Shown: one piece after another, positions 1 to 8,744 of the stretch
Layout: every line of letters starts with the position of its first letter
Numbering within the stretch: the first letter of the stretch is position 1
Origin: Deltaproteobacteria bacterium
GTDB taxonomy: Bacteria; Bdellovibrionota_B; Oligoflexia; Oligoflexales; Bog-1112
Assembly: GCA_947475005.1 (NCBI GenBank)
Contig: CANJLI010000003.1
Location: forward strand, 32,472-96,471
Direction: 5' to 3'
DNA length: 64,000 nucleotides
Notes under the pieces: generated by a model
The model's input: the letters and a program-made list of their open reading frames with translations, nothing else
Told to the model about the DNA's origin: nothing
Databases searched by the model: none
Made by a program: the position numbers and the translations under genes

Positions 1-101
1 ATATTTTCAACACAGAGGAGGCACAGCAATAGCCACCATTTTTTCTGCATGAACAAACTCCCCCTTGCGATTTTACCGCCTCGCGGCTATTTCCTAAGAG
101 G

Positions 102-246
102 CTGTCTGAAGTCTCCAGAGGGAGACCTCCCAGCAGCTCCTAAAGGGGACACCCGATGCGAGCGTCCCCGACGAAAGCCCGGAAAAGGGGACACTCGCAT
201 CGGGCGTCCCCTGCATCCAAAGACTCCAGCTGGAGACTTTAGACAG
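102..246. repeat. REP-like composite palindrome (two GGGGACAC...GTCCCC hairpins inside an outer inverted repeat)
   Basis: Hairpins at 145-169 (GGGGACACCCGATGCGAGCGTCCCC) and 187-211 (GGGGACACTCGCATCGGGCGTCCCC) have reverse-complementary loops. The outer arms are CTGTCTGAAGTCTCCAG (102-118) and CTGGAGACTTTAGACAG (230-246). The same hairpin family recurs elsewhere in the window. Confidence 0.75.
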
Positions 247-355
247 CTTCTAAGAAGCTATACAGATGCCTAGAGCGATTTCCAAGAAAAGTTTGGCTAG
301 CCAGCCGATTAATCGATTCGATCGCTGTGGCGAATAAAAGACGAGGAACTCAAAA

Positions 356-1147
356 ATGGCATCCCTACAACGAGGCAACACAGAACTTTTCTACACCACG
401 TGGGGGACACAGGGTGAATGGATCACCCTCCTCAACGGATTTATGCGATCGAGTTCGGATTTTACTCTCCTCGCCACCGGATTGGCGCGAGCTGGATTTC
501 GCGTTCTCGCCCTCGACAATCGCGGCACAGGGCGGACTCAATATGCCACCAACTTTACCCTGGACGACATGACCGATGATGTGGTTGCAATTTGGGATCA
601 AGAAGAGATTCTCTCAAGCCATGTCATTGGATTTTCCATGGGCGGTTTGCTAGCTCAATTATTGGCCACCCGTAAAAACGAGAGGATTTCCTCTCTCACC
701 CTCGTCTCTTCCTGTGTGCACCCTGCTCGCATTCTGCGACCCAATGTCACGTGGAGCATGGATGTGGATCATAACCAAGCAATTCTTGGACACTACGTTA
801 GCGCGTCTTTTAAAGAAAAGAACCAGATGCTCCTTCGCATGATGGCACAGGCAATTTCCACAGCTGTAGAGAAAAACGACTTCTTGCTGCATGCCAATCG
901 ACAGCTAGAAGCTATGCGACTATATGCACCTCCAACTGCAGCGCAGCGAAGCGCATTCACCGGCTCTGTTTTGATTTTGCATGGCAGAGAAGATGCGCTA
1001 ATCCCTCTCGAGGAAGCTCAGCAATTGCAAGCTGCCTTTCCCCAAAGTCAATTTCTCGTAGCAGAGGAGGCAGGTCATTTGTTATTGGCAGAAAAGAGTG
1101 TGTGGCTGTCTGCAACTATAATTTCTTCTCTTCCAAAAAGAGTTTGA
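356..1147 (+). CDS. alpha/beta-fold hydrolase
   Basis: 263-aa ORF with nucleophile elbow GFSMGG (G-x-S-x-G) and a C-terminal EEAGHLLL histidine region typical of the fold. Confidence 0.8.
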   Translation: MASLQRGNTELFYTTWGTQGEWITLLNGFMRSSSDFTLLATGLARAGFRVLALDNRGTGRTQYATNFTLDDMTDDVVAIWDQEEILSSHVIGFSMGGLLAQLLATRKNERISSLTLVSSCVHPARILRPNVTWSMDVDHNQAILGHYVSASFKEKNQMLLRMMAQAISTAVEKNDFLLHANRQLEAMRLYAPPTAAQRSAFTGSVLILHGREDALIPLEEAQQLQAAFPQSQFLVAEEAGHLLLAEKSVWLSATIISSLPKRV

Positions 1148-1532
1148 GCAGAGCTTCATCCACTTCTTCGATGTTAACCGTTTGCACCAACACCGTTTTT
1201 TTCTTCCCCTTCAAAGCGGGTTCTGTTTTGATGACACGCACCAACATCTTAAGCGAGGAGGGGATATCGATTCGATTGTATTCCACAAACTCTCTTTTTC
1301 GTTTCCAATAATCAGGCAACTCGAGATGCACCTTCAGCAACATACCATCTGGATATTCCTGGGGAGACTGAAATTCGATGCCATGGGGGCTAACGTAAAG
1401 CGTATGCCCCTCTTGAGGAGGCTGTTTTTCGTGTTTCAATCGATAGGGATGTACCTGCATCGCAATTTTTTTGTTGGCCCGTGGGTAGGCGCGTACCAGT
1501 TCAGCATCGAATATTTTTTCTGACATATGCAT
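1116..1532 (-). CDS. PilZ-like domain protein (possible c-di-GMP receptor), co-oriented 4 nt downstream of fliA
   Basis: 138-aa ORF with an RxxxR motif (RAYPR) followed by a degenerate second PilZ motif (YVSPHG instead of D/N-x-S-x-x-G). Its position directly after fliA supports the call. Confidence 0.55.
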   Translation of the reverse strand: MHMSEKIFDAELVRAYPRANKKIAMQVHPYRLKHEKQPPQEGHTLYVSPHGIEFQSPQEYPDGMLLKVHLELPDYWKRKREFVEYNRIDIPSSLKMLVRVIKTEPALKGKKKTVLVQTVNIEEVDEALLKLFLEEKKL

Positions 1533-1536
1533 GCTC

Positions 1537-2340
1537 CTAATCGGTCAAGGCATCCTTGAGTTTGATTTTCAATCGTTCTACTGCTTGTGTATGCAATTGG
1601 CTGATACGCGATTCCGTTACATCCAATATTTTCCCAATCTCTTTGAGGTTCAGCTCTTCATAGTAATAAAGAGAGAGGACCAACCTTTGTTTTTCCGGCA
1701 ATTCATCAATCGTTGCAACCAACATCTCCCGAATCCCTTTGTTTTTCAGATCCACAAATGGATTTTTTGAATTGGCATTTTCTAAAATTTCAAGGAGGTT
1801 CTTTTTTTCTGTCTTGGTTGGAGACAACAGTTCATCTACAGAGAGAAGTGTAATGGATTTTACTTTCGACACCATGTCATAGTATTCGTTGATTTCAATC
1901 CCCATAGCTTCTGACACTTCGAGATCCGTCACCAAACGACCCAATTTTTGCTCGAGAGCCGCACTGGTACGATCGATTTTCTTCGCTTTGTCTCGTACAG
2001 AACGCGGGACCCAATCTTGGGAACGAAGTTCATCCAAAATGGAACCTCGCACCCGAAACTCCGCATACGTCTTGAATTTATTGTCTCGAGTGGGGTCATA
2101 TTTTTCAATGGCATCCATGAGGCCGATCACACCTGCACTGATCAGGTCATCAAGCTCGATGTTGGCAGGCAGTCGAGAAGAGATTCGCTGGGCTACAAAG
2201 CGAACCAGAGGGGCATAATCCATAATCAATTGGTCGCGAAGTTTACTGTCGACACCACGCACTTCCTGCTGATACTTTTTTACCAAACCCTTCATTGGTT
2301 GACTCACTATGTGAAAAAGTTTTCCCAAAAGGGGACGCAA
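1537..2340 (-). CDS. fliA: RNA polymerase sigma-28 factor FliA/WhiG family
   Basis: 267-aa ORF with sigma-70 region 2 (DDLISAGVIGLMDAIEKYDP) and a region 4 HTH (LNLKEIGKILDVTESRISQLH), both typical of FliA. Confidence 0.9.
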   Translation of the reverse strand: MRPLLGKLFHIVSQPMKGLVKKYQQEVRGVDSKLRDQLIMDYAPLVRFVAQRISSRLPANIELDDLISAGVIGLMDAIEKYDPTRDNKFKTYAEFRVRGSILDELRSQDWVPRSVRDKAKKIDRTSAALEQKLGRLVTDLEVSEAMGIEINEYYDMVSKVKSITLLSVDELLSPTKTEKKNLLEILENANSKNPFVDLKNKGIREMLVATIDELPEKQRLVLSLYYYEELNLKEIGKILDVTESRISQLHTQAVERLKIKLKDALTD

Positions 2341-2537
2341 AAATGGGCTCTGCCTTTCTTCTCTTCAAAATCCGTGCCATACCCATCGTTAAAGAAGGGA
2401 AAGCCAGCTATCCTGTGTAAATCGGTAGGAAAATTCCCATTTTTTTCATACAATCAGATGCCGTCAAAAAAATTACTTTGTGCCAAGTAAATGACAGCCA
2501 CTTGGAAGTTTTGACCCTGTAAGGGAGAGGAGAGTCT

Positions 2538-3758
2538 ATGTATCGATGGATATGGGTATTGTGCTGGTTCTCATACAGTGCGGTGGCGCAAGAGGAGGCA
2601 ACGCCTTCTTTTCAATACCAAACCGATCTAACCATGAGTTGGATCAACGGAATCCAAAAGGCTGATTTTCAAGAAAAAAACAGAACATTGGGGCTTACAA
2701 AAGCACAGATCGACCTTTCGTGGACCCGCTATCACCAGACCAGCTTGTTTCTCAGCTTGCGCCCCGATGCGTTGCTGACGGAACGAAAGACACAAGATGA
2801 GCGTGTGTTTGAATTCGAACGACGGGCAGGGCGTGTATATCAAAGAGCACCCCAGATCGAATTTTTAGATCTCTATCAGCTGCAGTTTGATTTTTCAGAT
2901 TCTCTGTCTGCAGGAGTTGGAATCTATCCAGATTTTTACTCTCGCATCGAAGCCTACGAAAGCCCCTTGACATTCAGCCTTTTAACCCTGTTTCCAATGA
3001 AAATTTCTGCACTCCAACTAAAGGGAACTAAACACAGGTTCCCCTTGGCACTCGGTACGGCACCTGCGGGAGAAGAAAAAAGTGTAGATTTTGCTTTGTA
3101 TGCATTCAACGGATCGAGAGATCGGGTAGAAAAATTTTCTTTTTCAGACCAAACCTTTGATTCTGCACCGGAGGTAAAGCAACCAAGAAAAGGCGTTGCA
3201 GGATCCGTGACGAGCTATCTGAATCCCCAATGGACGGTGTTTGGACTCGGGGGCACCTTTTCTAGCAAACAACGAGAAACTGTGAATAACAATATCATTC
3301 GCACCTCCTATTTTGCTGAAGCCTCACTTCAGTATCGGGGGCACCTCTATCTCCCGCTGCTGACTAGCATTGATCTTCGTTGGGCCCAAGACAAATGGCG
3401 TTCAGATGTTGCAGCCAGGCCGGCGGTAAATCAACAAAACATTTCGTGGAAATTGCAACTGGAGAAAGATCCCTCCACCTCCTTTTTACTGGGGGCCTAT
3501 TGGGGCAGAAGCGAGCGCCCTCAAAAAGAAACTTCTGAGTACAACAAAACTTTATATGAGGGACACCAATTGGAAGCAGGGGTTCGTAGACTGCTTCGAG
3601 GGTTTCTATTTGGTAACCTAATGGTTGCCTACGAAAAGAGAATGAAAAGAGACGAGGAGGGATGGAAGGATGGATTCGCCACCCAAGGCAACACCTACAC
3701 CCGTCCTTCTATCTACCGAATTGCAGTAGAATTGGAATGTATACTCGGCTCCTCCTGA
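2538..3758 (+). CDS. hypothetical secreted / outer-membrane protein
   Basis: 406-aa ORF with an N-terminal signal peptide (MYRWIWVLCWFSYSAVAQEE) and a beta-strand-like alternating pattern. No family was recognised. Confidence 0.55.
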   Translation: MYRWIWVLCWFSYSAVAQEEATPSFQYQTDLTMSWINGIQKADFQEKNRTLGLTKAQIDLSWTRYHQTSLFLSLRPDALLTERKTQDERVFEFERRAGRVYQRAPQIEFLDLYQLQFDFSDSLSAGVGIYPDFYSRIEAYESPLTFSLLTLFPMKISALQLKGTKHRFPLALGTAPAGEEKSVDFALYAFNGSRDRVEKFSFSDQTFDSAPEVKQPRKGVAGSVTSYLNPQWTVFGLGGTFSSKQRETVNNNIIRTSYFAEASLQYRGHLYLPLLTSIDLRWAQDKWRSDVAARPAVNQQNISWKLQLEKDPSTSFLLGAYWGRSERPQKETSEYNKTLYEGHQLEAGVRRLLRGFLFGNLMVAYEKRMKRDEEGWKDGFATQGNTYTRPSIYRIAVELECILGSS

Positions 3759-3791
3759 AATGATGACTCTGCAAGATGAGGAATTCGCACC

Positions 3792-5036
3792 ATGTTTGAT
3801 GCACCGTTACCTACCCACACGCGCGTCCTAATTCTAGGAGGAGGAATTCATGGGGTTGGGGTGCTCCATGATTGGGTAAGTCGAGGATATCAAGATGCAC
3901 ACCTCATTGAGAAAAATACACTTGGTAGCGCGACCAGTTCAAAATCGACCAAGCTGATCCATGGGGGATTGCGCTACCTCGAACAACTGCGAGAGATGGG
4001 GATGGTCTTTGAGGCCTTGCGAGAGCGCTCTCTCCTCTTGCATGTGGCGCCAGATTTGGTGCACCCGGTAGAATTATTATTTCCCCTGCTACAAAAAGAA
4101 TGGACCTCGACTTGGAAAATTCAAATTGGACTCACTTTATATGACCGATTGGCGGGTCGAGCGGGTTTAGCCCCTCATAAAAAAATTCCATTGGACCAAG
4201 TTAAGAAGAGAATGCCTGGACTTCGAGTCGACAAATTTTCTTCTGTATTTTCTTTTTGGGATGGGCAAACAGACGATTTGGGCCTTGTGTATCGGGTTGC
4301 CGCTTCGAGTGTACAAAATGGGGGGAGCATTTCTCAACACCATCGCGTGGAAAGAATCACACCTTCCGCAAAAGGATGGTGTGTGCAGGTGCGCACACCT
4401 TCGGGAGCCTTGCAGGAGATTCAAGCTCAGTATGTGGTGAACTGTTTGGGCCCCTGGGCCAATACCTTGCTATTGGACAGCAACTTGCCGGTTCCGTATC
4501 AAGCTATCAATAACAAAGGTGCCCATTTGCTCTGTCGAGACATCGGCCTTACAGCAGGACTTTTCTTACCCTCTTTGCAAGGAGATGGACGCATCGTCTT
4601 TGCGCTACCATGGGAAGGCTACACCCTTGTAGGAACCACCGAATCCCTCTATGAAGACAACCTCGATGATGTACATATCGATGCCCAAGAGACCCAATAC
4701 TTGCTTTCTGTATGGAACGCCTACTTTCGCACGCCTTTTACAAAGACCGATCTCATAAGAACCTTCGCGGGCCTTCGCTGGCTGCCCTTGGATGCCAAGC
4801 ATTCCATATCCAAAACCTCTCGCGAGCATGTGGTGGGGGAGACTCGGATCGGGGATAGCTTGCTGCTGACCCTGTATGGAGGCAAACTGACAACCTATCG
4901 AAGCCTTTCGGAAAAGATTGGAAATCGATTGATGCAAGAGGCAGGGGAAAACAAACCCAGTCGGACCCAGGACCCCAAGGTTTGGGTGAGTAAAGAAAGG
5001 ACACCGCAGGTGCCACCTCCGGCAGATCGGTTTTAG
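3792..5036 (+). CDS. FAD-dependent glycerol-3-phosphate dehydrogenase/oxidase family protein (short form)
   Basis: 414-aa ORF with an N-terminal GxGxxG (LILGGGIHGVGV) and the GlpD-type motif STKLIHGGLRYLE. The TAG stop directly abuts the microsatellite at 5037. Confidence 0.8.
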   Translation: MFDAPLPTHTRVLILGGGIHGVGVLHDWVSRGYQDAHLIEKNTLGSATSSKSTKLIHGGLRYLEQLREMGMVFEALRERSLLLHVAPDLVHPVELLFPLLQKEWTSTWKIQIGLTLYDRLAGRAGLAPHKKIPLDQVKKRMPGLRVDKFSSVFSFWDGQTDDLGLVYRVAASSVQNGGSISQHHRVERITPSAKGWCVQVRTPSGALQEIQAQYVVNCLGPWANTLLLDSNLPVPYQAINNKGAHLLCRDIGLTAGLFLPSLQGDGRIVFALPWEGYTLVGTTESLYEDNLDDVHIDAQETQYLLSVWNAYFRTPFTKTDLIRTFAGLRWLPLDAKHSISKTSREHVVGETRIGDSLLLTLYGGKLTTYRSLSEKIGNRLMQEAGENKPSRTQDPKVWVSKERTPQVPPPADRF

Positions 5037-5127
5037 TTTTTCTTTTCTTTTCTTTTCTTTTCTTTTCTTTTCTTTTCTTTTCTTTTCTTTTCTTTTCTTT
5101 TCTTTTCTTTTCTTTTCTTTTCTTTTC
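5037..5127. repeat. pentanucleotide microsatellite (TTTTC), about 18 units
   Basis: Uninterrupted TTTTC tract read directly from the sequence. It starts 1 nt after the glpD-like stop codon and runs into the left terminal repeat of the palindromic element. Confidence 0.95.
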
Positions 5128-5689
5128 TGGAAACCAGCTGCGCAGTTTTCCAGACCTTCCTTGCCTCGCAATGGGAGAACGGAGATCCATTTCGAGAATG
5201 GCGAGTCAAGGCCGGCGCTCGCTCGGGGCCTCCCACCCTCTCTCAATCGCAGAGCTAATCCTCGTCAGGGAATCTAGAACGTCCGCTGCGCTTTCGACCC
5301 GGGCAGGTCCTACCGCATCTCCAGTTATTTTGTATGGATAAATATACATTTAACATCAATATGTTACGATTTTAATAAAGTTGTCAGAGCTAGTTTTAAA
5401 CCTAGAATATTTTCAGAGATACCTGAAAGGGTTGAGCCACTTGGGAAACAAGATCACCATACAAAATAACTGGAGATGCGGTAGGACCTACCCGGGTCAC
5501 AAATCGCAGTCTGGTTTTTAGTGTCCATGACGGGGGCTCTGTCTGCGATTTTGAGAGGGTGGGAGGCCCCGAGCGAGCGCCGGCCTTGGCATCTAAGATG
5601 GTAACGGACAGAAATCCCACCATCTCCCAGTGCGTAGCAAGGAAGGGTTTAAGGGAAAACTGCGCAGCTGGTTTCCCTTAGAAAAAAAA
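5128..5689. repeat. nested-palindrome element, copy A (MITE-like, no ORF)
   Basis: The terminal inverted repeat is GGAAACCAGCTGCGCAGTTTTCC (5129-5151) against GGAAAACTGCGCAGCTGGTTTCC (5654-5676). Inner arms CAAGGCCGGCGCTCGCTCGGGGCCTCCCACCCTCTC and GACCCGGGCAGGTCCTACCGCATCTCCAGTTATTTTGTATGG are both present as reverse complements on the right side. The centre is A+T-rich and about 110 bp. A homologous copy lies at 59841-60433. Confidence 0.85.
5381..5408 (+). promoter_or_regulatory. sigma-70-like promoter motif in the A+T-rich centre of element copy A
   Basis: TTGTCA-N16-TAGAAT, oriented toward the DsbA-family gene at 5758. It could arise by chance in A+T-rich DNA. Confidence 0.2.
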
Positions 5690-5757
5690 TTTGCGGGAAC
5701 AGCCAAAAATGGATACGCTATCGGATCGTTTACGATCCATAAAAAGGAGAGACCACC

Positions 5758-6741
5758 TTGAAAAAAATTCTAACTTGGTTCTGCATAGCCACCCCAATTC
5801 CTGCCCTGTTTGCAGAGAACCTCTTTGTCACCCGAGGTAAGACCCATACGCTAGAATCCCTCTCCCCGGGATTTCAGCAATCTGTCTACGATGCAAAAAA
5901 ACAGTACTATGAGGCTCTTTCTCAACTCTCGCAAGCGGCCCTGTTGGAAATGTATTTAAAGGAAGAATCCAGCAAGCAAAAAATTTCCCCAGATGATCTA
6001 GAGAAAAAATTATTTGCCACGACGCCTGTCTCTGAAGCGGAAGCAAAAAAATGGTTCGATGCCAATCAATTTCGATTGGGGGGGCGCCCGTTTGAAGGTG
6101 TAAAAAACGACATCATGCATTTTCTCTCCATGGAACAGCAGCAGAAAAAACGAGAGGCCTTCATTCAACAACTCAAAGTCAAAGAATCCTACGCATTTTC
6201 CCCCGCAAAGCCCATCCCGCCAAAGATGGAAATCGATACCAAAGGTTTCCCGCGTAAGGGGCCAGATACGGCAAAAGTAACCGTGGTTGAGTTTGCGGAT
6301 TACCAATGCCCTCACTGCCAAGCCACTGCAGAGGTAATGAAAAAAGTAGAGTCTATCTATGCAAACAAAATTCAGTTTGTATTCTTAGATTACCCATTAT
6401 CTTCCCATCACTTGGCTTTTACCGTCGCAGAAGGAGCAGCTTGTGCCGATGCACAAGGAAAATTCTGGGAGTATCACTACATGGCCTTCGGCAACCAAGC
6501 GAGCCTAACGACAGATTCCCCCACAATCTTTGCTAAAACACTGGGTCTTAAGATGGCTTCATTTACAAGCTGCCTACAGGCCACGTCTACCAAAGCAAAG
6601 ATTCTTCAATCTAAGAAGAAAGGAGATGACTTGCATATCGAGGGCACCCCTACGATCTACATAAATGGAATCAAACACGTACAAGGCTACACCGTAGAAG
6701 AATTGAGCGCCTCTATCGATGCGGCGCTGAACCAGAGCTAA
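5758..6741 (+). CDS. DsbA-family thiol:disulfide oxidoreductase with N-terminal extension
   Basis: 327-aa ORF with a TTG start and signal peptide. It carries a thioredoxin-fold CPHC active site (EFADYQCPHCQ). Confidence 0.8.
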   Translation: MKKILTWFCIATPIPALFAENLFVTRGKTHTLESLSPGFQQSVYDAKKQYYEALSQLSQAALLEMYLKEESSKQKISPDDLEKKLFATTPVSEAEAKKWFDANQFRLGGRPFEGVKNDIMHFLSMEQQQKKREAFIQQLKVKESYAFSPAKPIPPKMEIDTKGFPRKGPDTAKVTVVEFADYQCPHCQATAEVMKKVESIYANKIQFVFLDYPLSSHHLAFTVAEGAACADAQGKFWEYHYMAFGNQASLTTDSPTIFAKTLGLKMASFTSCLQATSTKAKILQSKKKGDDLHIEGTPTIYINGIKHVQGYTVEELSASIDAALNQS

Positions 6742-6771
6742 GCCTTACCCGAAGGCTTCAGATAGCCTCCC

Positions 6772-8001
6772 TTAGAGGGAACAGCCCCAACTTGACATGA
6801 ACGTGTTATCCGCTATGGTAAAAAAAGGAAAGACCTTACGCACGATCTTACACTGGGATTCATACAAAAAGCCCTGTTCGACTGCTAGCAAGTTGCCAAA
6901 CAGCTCGACAGATTGGGACAAAAAGTCAGATCCCGTTTCTTTCCACTCCGCTTGTCTTAGTTGATCCAAATAGAGAAAGAGGAACTGGAGCTGAGCCCTC
7001 GCATCGTATTTTCCAAGCCCTATGCGAAGCATTTGATAGAACCCATAAGCTAGAAAAGATCCCACCTCATGCACATCCAGAATACCTGCCTCTAATTTTC
7101 GAACGGTACTTTGGGTGATCTTTTTGGGATTTTCTGCATAAGAATCCAAAAGGTCTCTAGCTCGGGAAATACTAAAATGGGGCTGATACCCATGGAGATG
7201 TCCTCCCAAATCAGCGATGGCTTCATCTAACGCCGCAACAAACATGGGGTATGCGTGAGCTTTTTTTCCCCTCAACACCAAGTTATGGAAAAGATTGTGG
7301 GTAATCTCGTGTCCGATGGCCATCCAATTGTGGTAGTAGGGAATTTTACGAATCCCTTGCCGCTGCAAAAATAGGTGAGAATGAGGTAGAAAAAAAAGCT
7401 CACTGCGATCTCCCACGTGCATCGCATTATCTGCAAAGAAAGAGTTAGTGCTGCGTTTAACTAATAAGGGCTGGAGATAAATTTGAAGAGGCTGCCTGTG
7501 AGCTGATGCATGAATCTCTCGATTGAGGCGCATAGTTTCGTGGGTTTTATAGGCCAGCAATAGCCCGCTATTTTCGATGCTATCTAGGTTATACCCACCA
7601 TTTTCCCGGCAGATTGGAATGGGAGTTCCTTCTGAATACTGAAGTATAGTTGAAACTGGCGTGGAGGATCTCTCCCCCGTCGCTCCCACGTGCACCCCTT
7701 TTACCAAACTCGAGGTAATGCCTTTTCCAGAAAAATGCCGCATATCCAGTTGCACTTGAGACGGCTGTTCTCCTTGATAGACCCATATTTTCACGCAGTC
7801 GCCCAAACGAGAGGACGCACTATTTATCGAACAATTTTTATCTTGTCGTGGTAGGAGGTGGAGATCTCTGCGGGCAGCCGTTTCATCAATATCCGGCTTG
7901 GAATCATGTAACGGCGAATTGTCCTCGCTCCCCCCACAAGCAGAGAGCAGTGGAATGCACAAGAAGATCCGAAGTAAAAAATGGCTCCATTGTATCTGCA
8001 C
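6772..8001 (-). CDS. putative zinc-metalloprotease lipoprotein
   Basis: 409-aa ORF with lipobox LLSAC and an HExxH motif (IGHEITHNLFH). No closer family was recognised. Confidence 0.55.
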   Translation of the reverse strand: MQIQWSHFLLRIFLCIPLLSACGGSEDNSPLHDSKPDIDETAARRDLHLLPRQDKNCSINSASSRLGDCVKIWVYQGEQPSQVQLDMRHFSGKGITSSLVKGVHVGATGERSSTPVSTILQYSEGTPIPICRENGGYNLDSIENSGLLLAYKTHETMRLNREIHASAHRQPLQIYLQPLLVKRSTNSFFADNAMHVGDRSELFFLPHSHLFLQRQGIRKIPYYHNWMAIGHEITHNLFHNLVLRGKKAHAYPMFVAALDEAIADLGGHLHGYQPHFSISRARDLLDSYAENPKKITQSTVRKLEAGILDVHEVGSFLAYGFYQMLRIGLGKYDARAQLQFLFLYLDQLRQAEWKETGSDFLSQSVELFGNLLAVEQGFLYESQCKIVRKVFPFFTIADNTFMSSWGCSL

Positions 8002-8072
8002 GAAATCACCTATCCAGACGAGACTTGAGATGCTTGGCAGGGTAGCCTATGGTTGGAGAATCGTCAAAAGAA

Positions 8073-8744
8073 TTAGTATTTATACTTATATAACATCTGG
8101 TTATGTGAATTAACAAGAGCCCAGTGCGCAGAAACCTGCTCCCGTATGGAGGGGAGATCTCCTTCAGTATCGATAATTCGGGTGGCACGCCGGCACTTCT
8201 CCTCCGTGGATTCCTGGGTCTGCAAAAGTGTAACAGCCTGATCTCTCGGCATTTGATCCCGCTCGCACAGACGAGAGATCTGGGTCTCTCTCGAACAACT
8301 CGTTACCCAAATTTCCCGAAACCTCTTGTCTGTATTGGTTTCAAAGAGGAGGGCTGCTTCATATACCCAGAATGTGGGGGTTCCTACAATGGCGGCTGCC
8401 TCCAACTGTAGCCAAAGTTCCTGTTGAATGGCGGGGTGGAGGATTGCTTCTAGTTTTTTTCGCTGTTGAGCTTCTATCAAAACAGTAGCTCGCATCTTGG
8501 CTCGGTCTAATTCTCCTGAGGGCAACAAATATTCAGAGCCAAAGGTACGCACAATCGCAGCCAAAGCCTCTCGTCCTGGTGCAACTGCTTCACGTGCCAG
8601 CGTGTCGGCATCCCACACCAAGACCTCCATGCTGCGCAGAATGGAAGCTACTGTGGATTTACCCGTGGCAATCCCCCCGGTGAGGCCGATGCCAAAAGAG
8701 TGGACCCACTTTTCTCTATCCATCCTCTCTGCCTTTGCTGCCAT
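8073..8744 (-). CDS. coaE: dephospho-CoA kinase
   Basis: P-loop GLTGGIATGKST near the N-terminus, with CoaE-like length. The start was chosen at the ATG that overlaps the upstream stop (TAATG); the longest ORF would start at 8762. Confidence 0.85.
   Translation of the reverse strand: MAAKAERMDREKWVHSFGIGLTGGIATGKSTVASILRSMEVLVWDADTLAREAVAPGREALAAIVRTFGSEYLLPSGELDRAKMRATVLIEAQQRKKLEAILHPAIQQELWLQLEAAAIVGTPTFWVYEAALLFETNTDKRFREIWVTSCSRETQISRLCERDQMPRDQAVTLLQTQESTEEKCRRATRIIDTEGDLPSIREQVSAHWALVNSHNQMLYKYKY

Noticed and set aside
49-273. 74-aa ORF at the window start (and 327..572).
   Set aside because: The sequence is built from the GGGGACAC hairpins and their outer inverted repeat. The Pro/Arg/Gly-rich product is typical of a translated palindrome. 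327..572 overlaps the alpha/beta hydrolase out of frame.
287-312. Possible FliA (sigma-28) promoter AAAAGTTT-N9-GCCGATTA upstream of the hydrolase gene.
   Set aside because: The -10-like GCCGATTA is a good match to GCCGATAA. However, the spacing to the TAAA-like element is about 2 nt shorter than the TAAA-N15-GCCGATAA consensus. It cannot be supported without transcription start mapping.
4605-5246. ORFs of 213, 145 and 67 aa on the minus strand containing long (KEKKR)n runs.
   Set aside because: They are translations of the (TTTTC)n microsatellite and the palindromic element, and they are antisense to the well-supported glpD-like gene. There is no RBS and no protein-like composition outside the repeat.
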